Shown piece after piece: positions 61,735-64,000 of a DNA stretch of 64,000 nucleotides. The notes under the pieces are model-generated. The model was given only the letters and a program-made list of their open reading frames with translations, did no database searches and had not been told where the DNA came from. The DNA is from a virus: the IMG/VR virus record IMGVR_UViG_3300033153_006243, positions 1 through 64,000 of that record; one strand, written 5' to 3'. Positions within the stretch are counted from its first letter, which is position 1; each line of letters starts with the position of its first letter. The position numbers and the translations under genes were made by a program.

Positions 61735-61853
61735 AGCCGGGCCGCTAGGCGAGGATACTTCGCCGAGTGCCGTAGGTCAATCGGCCTGTGACGGCGGGTT
61801 ATACGATTGGCACGACGAACCTTCTGCGGAAGGGGATGGCCGGTGGCCCGGTT
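61735..61853 (+). ncRNA. Unidentified structured RNA
   Basis: 11-bp closing stem enclosing three hairpins; lies between the promoter and tRNA-Thr. Confidence 0.5.
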
Positions 61854-61862
61854 ATAAAATTC

Positions 61863-61936
61863 GCCGGAGTAGCTCAACTAGGTAGAGCAGTCGCCTTGTA
61901 AGCGAAACGTTGAGGGTTCAATTCCTTCCTCCGGCC
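61863..61936 (+). tRNA. tRNA-Thr(TGT)
   Basis: GCCGGAG/CTCCGGC acceptor; loop CTTGTAA. Confidence 0.88.
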
Positions 61937-61939
61937 CCT

Positions 61940-62203
61940 ATGAAATTCAAAATCTACGGCAGGGAATCCTGTCCCAAATGCCAATCTACCCGGCGTAAGA
62001 TTTTCCACCTGCTCAAGCGGATAGGAATAGAGGCGGCGATATCCTATATCGAGATGGATACGGTGGATGGGATGGCGGAGGCGATGTGGGACGATGCCTA
62101 TGAAGTACCTACTACGATCCTCTCGCTTGGCGGGGCGGAGATATCCCGATGGAACGGACGGATTCCTAAGTCCGATGAATTGATTAAGGCGATGGGGGAA
62201 TAG
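61940..62203 (+). CDS. Glutaredoxin/thioredoxin-like protein
   Basis: IYG...CPKC, VPT. Confidence 0.75.
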   Translation: MKFKIYGRESCPKCQSTRRKIFHLLKRIGIEAAISYIEMDTVDGMAEAMWDDAYEVPTTILSLGGAEISRWNGRIPKSDELIKAMGE

Positions 62204-62267
62204 CTCTAATTGGGAGAGCGGCTGGTTTGCACCCAGTATGTTCGGGATTCGATTTCCCGTTCCTCCA
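62194..62267 (+). tRNA. tRNA-Ala(TGC)
   Basis: Loop TTTGCAC; G3:U70 pair present. Confidence 0.85.
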
Positions 62268-62273
62268 CAATAT

Positions 62274-62356
62274 GCGGGTGTAGTCTTTAGGACGTCAAGA
62301 GACTAGGGCATTGCGCAATGCCTGAGTGGAAAATCAAATCTCCTCCACCCGCTCCA
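62274..62356 (+). tRNA. Atypical tRNA-like element with a Gly-type acceptor
   Basis: GCGGGTG/CACCCGC-T-CCA; 8-nt palindromic loop TTGCGCAA; degenerate T-arm. Confidence 0.5.
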
Positions 62357-62362
62357 ATTTTT

Positions 62363-62434
62363 AGCATCGTAGCGCAACGGTAGCGCAGCTCCCTGTTAAG
62401 GAGATGATTGGAAGTTCGAATCTTCCCGATGCTG
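62363..62434 (+). tRNA. tRNA-Asn(GTT)
   Basis: Loop CTGTTAA; GGAAG-TTCGAAT-CTTCC. Confidence 0.88.
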
Positions 62435-62439
62435 CTGAC

Positions 62440-62513
62440 GGTTACGTAGACTGGCGAAGTAAGTCACTTTCCTGTCAAGGAGGAGATCGCGGATTCAAAT
62501 TCCGCCGTAACCG
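62440..62513 (+). tRNA. tRNA-Asp(GTC)
   Basis: GGTTACG/CGTAACC acceptor; loop CTGTCAA. Confidence 0.82.
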
Positions 62514-62521
62514 CCTTTAAT

Positions 62522-62592
62522 TGCGGAGTGGAGCACTGGAGGCTCATGGGTCTCATACGCCCATTAAGGAGGTTCGATTCCTCCCTCCGCTA
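62522..62592 (+). tRNA. tRNA-Met(CAT), initiator-like
   Basis: 1:72 mismatch; loop CTCATAC. Confidence 0.8.
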
Positions 62593-62596
62593 CTAT

Positions 62597-62648
62597 GGGG
62601 GCCCGGCTGTGACCCAGGAGATGGGAGTTCAATTCTCCCCATCCAGAC
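62597..62648 (+). pseudogene. tRNA-His(GTG) remnant lacking the 5' half
   Basis: Loop CTGTGAC and T-arm GGGAG-TTCAATT-CTCCC; no D-arm. Confidence 0.5.
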
Positions 62649-62771
62649 TCGATAGTATCATTACCAGATATACATTAGTGGATAGGTTTTTATCAAGGTA
62701 GTATATGTCCTTTACCAGAGGTAAGGGACCCACAAAGGCTTCTGCCGCTGAGCCGTATCGGCGGCATACTA

Positions 62772-62842
62772 GCGGAGCTGGTGTAATGGTAGCATCCTTG
62801 CCTTCCAAGCAAAGGGTGGGGGTTCGAATCCCCCGTTCCGCT
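62772..62842 (+). tRNA. tRNA-Gly(TCC)
   Basis: GCGGAGC/GTTCCGC acceptor; loop CTTCCAA; canonical T-arm. Confidence 0.9.
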
Positions 62843-62848
62843 CCTATT

Positions 62849-62922
62849 AGGTTTTTGATATAGTAATAACACGGTAGGTTCTAACCCCGTAGCCGGGAGC
62901 TCAATTCCTATAAGGTCTGCCA
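62849..62922 (+). pseudogene. Degenerate tRNA with CTA anticodon (Trp-like scaffold)
   Basis: AGG...TCT-GCCA ends, TTCTAAC loop, weak stems. Confidence 0.45.
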
Positions 62923-63136
62923 ACTTAGGAGAACAAGGGAATGGAAAAGAAATGGGAAGAAGATTCTAGTGGGGTCGGGAAACTTGCAGCAAGAATAGCG
63001 GTAAGGAAATTAAAAATAATGCTAAAGGTTTTTCAAAAGGAGGCTAAAGAAAAAGAACAGGTGAGTAGTGCAATAGGCAAACATACCAACATATAATCGA
63101 TTCCTCTAGGGCCTGCCGACTTAGGAGAACAAGGGA

Positions 63137-64000
63137 ATGGAAAAGCCCCACGGGATTATGTTCCACCATTTCCACGGGGGAGAGCATCCGAAGCAGCAAG
63201 GATCCATTTCGGAATCCGAATTCAACGGCCTACTCGATTTCTATTCCAGGGATCACGCCATCCTCAGCGCGGATGAATGGAAAAGACGGGCGTTCTGTCA
63301 AACGCTCAACGAGAATGATGTCTGCCTTACCTTCGACGATGGACTCCGGTGCCAGTACGACCTCGCGCTCCCCATTCTAAAGGATAGAGGGCTTACGACG
63401 TTCTGGTTTGTCTATACCGGGGAGCCGTGGGTAGAAATATACCGTAGGTTTCGGCATGAATTCTTCGATTCCATTGATAACTTCTACGCCGAATTCTATC
63501 GGCAGGCGAAGCTACAAGGGCTTGGAAATCTGTTCGACCGGATACCCATGCCCCTTAACTACCTTTCGGAATATAAGTTCTATTCGGATTCCGATAGACG
63601 ATTCCGCTGGGTTCGGGATAGGGTTCTAAGCAAAGAACAGTTCGGTAGGATCATGCGCTCCTTAATGAATAGTAAAGATACAGACCCCGTAAAGCTAGCG
63701 GAGGGCCTAATAATGGGCGCAGAAGAATTCCAGGAATTGGTGAATAGTGGGAACGTCGTCGGGCTCCATTCCCATAATCACCCGACGAACATGGCAGAGT
63801 TAGGCGAGAGGGAGCAGCTCAAGGAATACTATTTCAATCAATCCCACATCCTCGGCGCGACGGGGATTCTAGCAGACTCTATGTCCCATCCAAGCAATAG
63901 TTATAGCGAGAAAACCCTACGGCTCCTAAAAGCAATCGAAATATCGCTAGGCTTCCGGGCGAACATGGAGGATGGGTACGGTTCTCTCTTGGAGATGCCG
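63137..64000 (+). CDS. Polysaccharide deacetylase (NodB-like), 3' truncated by window
   Basis: IMFHHF, LTFDDG, GLHSHNHP, MSHPSN. Confidence 0.88.
   Translation, partial: MEKPHGIMFHHFHGGEHPKQQGSISESEFNGLLDFYSRDHAILSADEWKRRAFCQTLNENDVCLTFDDGLRCQYDLALPILKDRGLTTFWFVYTGEPWVEIYRRFRHEFFDSIDNFYAEFYRQAKLQGLGNLFDRIPMPLNYLSEYKFYSDSDRRFRWVRDRVLSKEQFGRIMRSLMNSKDTDPVKLAEGLIMGAEEFQELVNSGNVVGLHSHNHPTNMAELGEREQLKEYYFNQSHILGATGILADSMSHPSNSYSEKTLRLLKAIEISLGFRANMEDGYGSLLEMP

Noticed and set aside
62849-62922. Functional amber suppressor or tRNA-Pyl implying TAG recoding
   Set aside because: The stems are poor, and core genes (SSB, UvsY-like, XkdF-like) end at TAG at sensible lengths with no sign of fragmented genes.

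Overview
A 64 kb segment of a large tailed dsDNA bacteriophage genome (Caudoviricetes, siphovirus-like morphogenesis genes). Essentially every credible gene is on the + strand, with sigma70-type promoters and Shine-Dalgarno sites. Gene order: (1) replication/recombination module with PolA 3' end, clamp loader, gp32-like SSB, UvsY-like, RecA, RNA ligase, RuvC-like, and SbcD with SbcC split into pieces, interrupted by two paralogous HNH genes that share a structured leader; (2) accessory genes and a holin/spanin region interrupted by a solo TnpB; (3) a 29-bp-period tandem array; (4) a DNA methyltransferase carrying two nested out-of-frame HNH genes; (5) TerS followed by about 8 kb of accessory and glycan-modifying genes; (6) head and tail genes interleaved with glycosyltransferases; (7) a tRNA cluster and a partial polysaccharide deacetylase. 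Two observations stand out. First, two HNH endonuclease genes are overprinted inside a methyltransferase whose own frame stays open through both, with no intron or intein features. Second, an intact TnpB is accompanied by two extra stand-alone omegaRNA-like loci that show compensatory base changes, share an identical putative guide and are followed by CRISPR-like repeats. All calls come from reading motifs by eye; no database searches were run.
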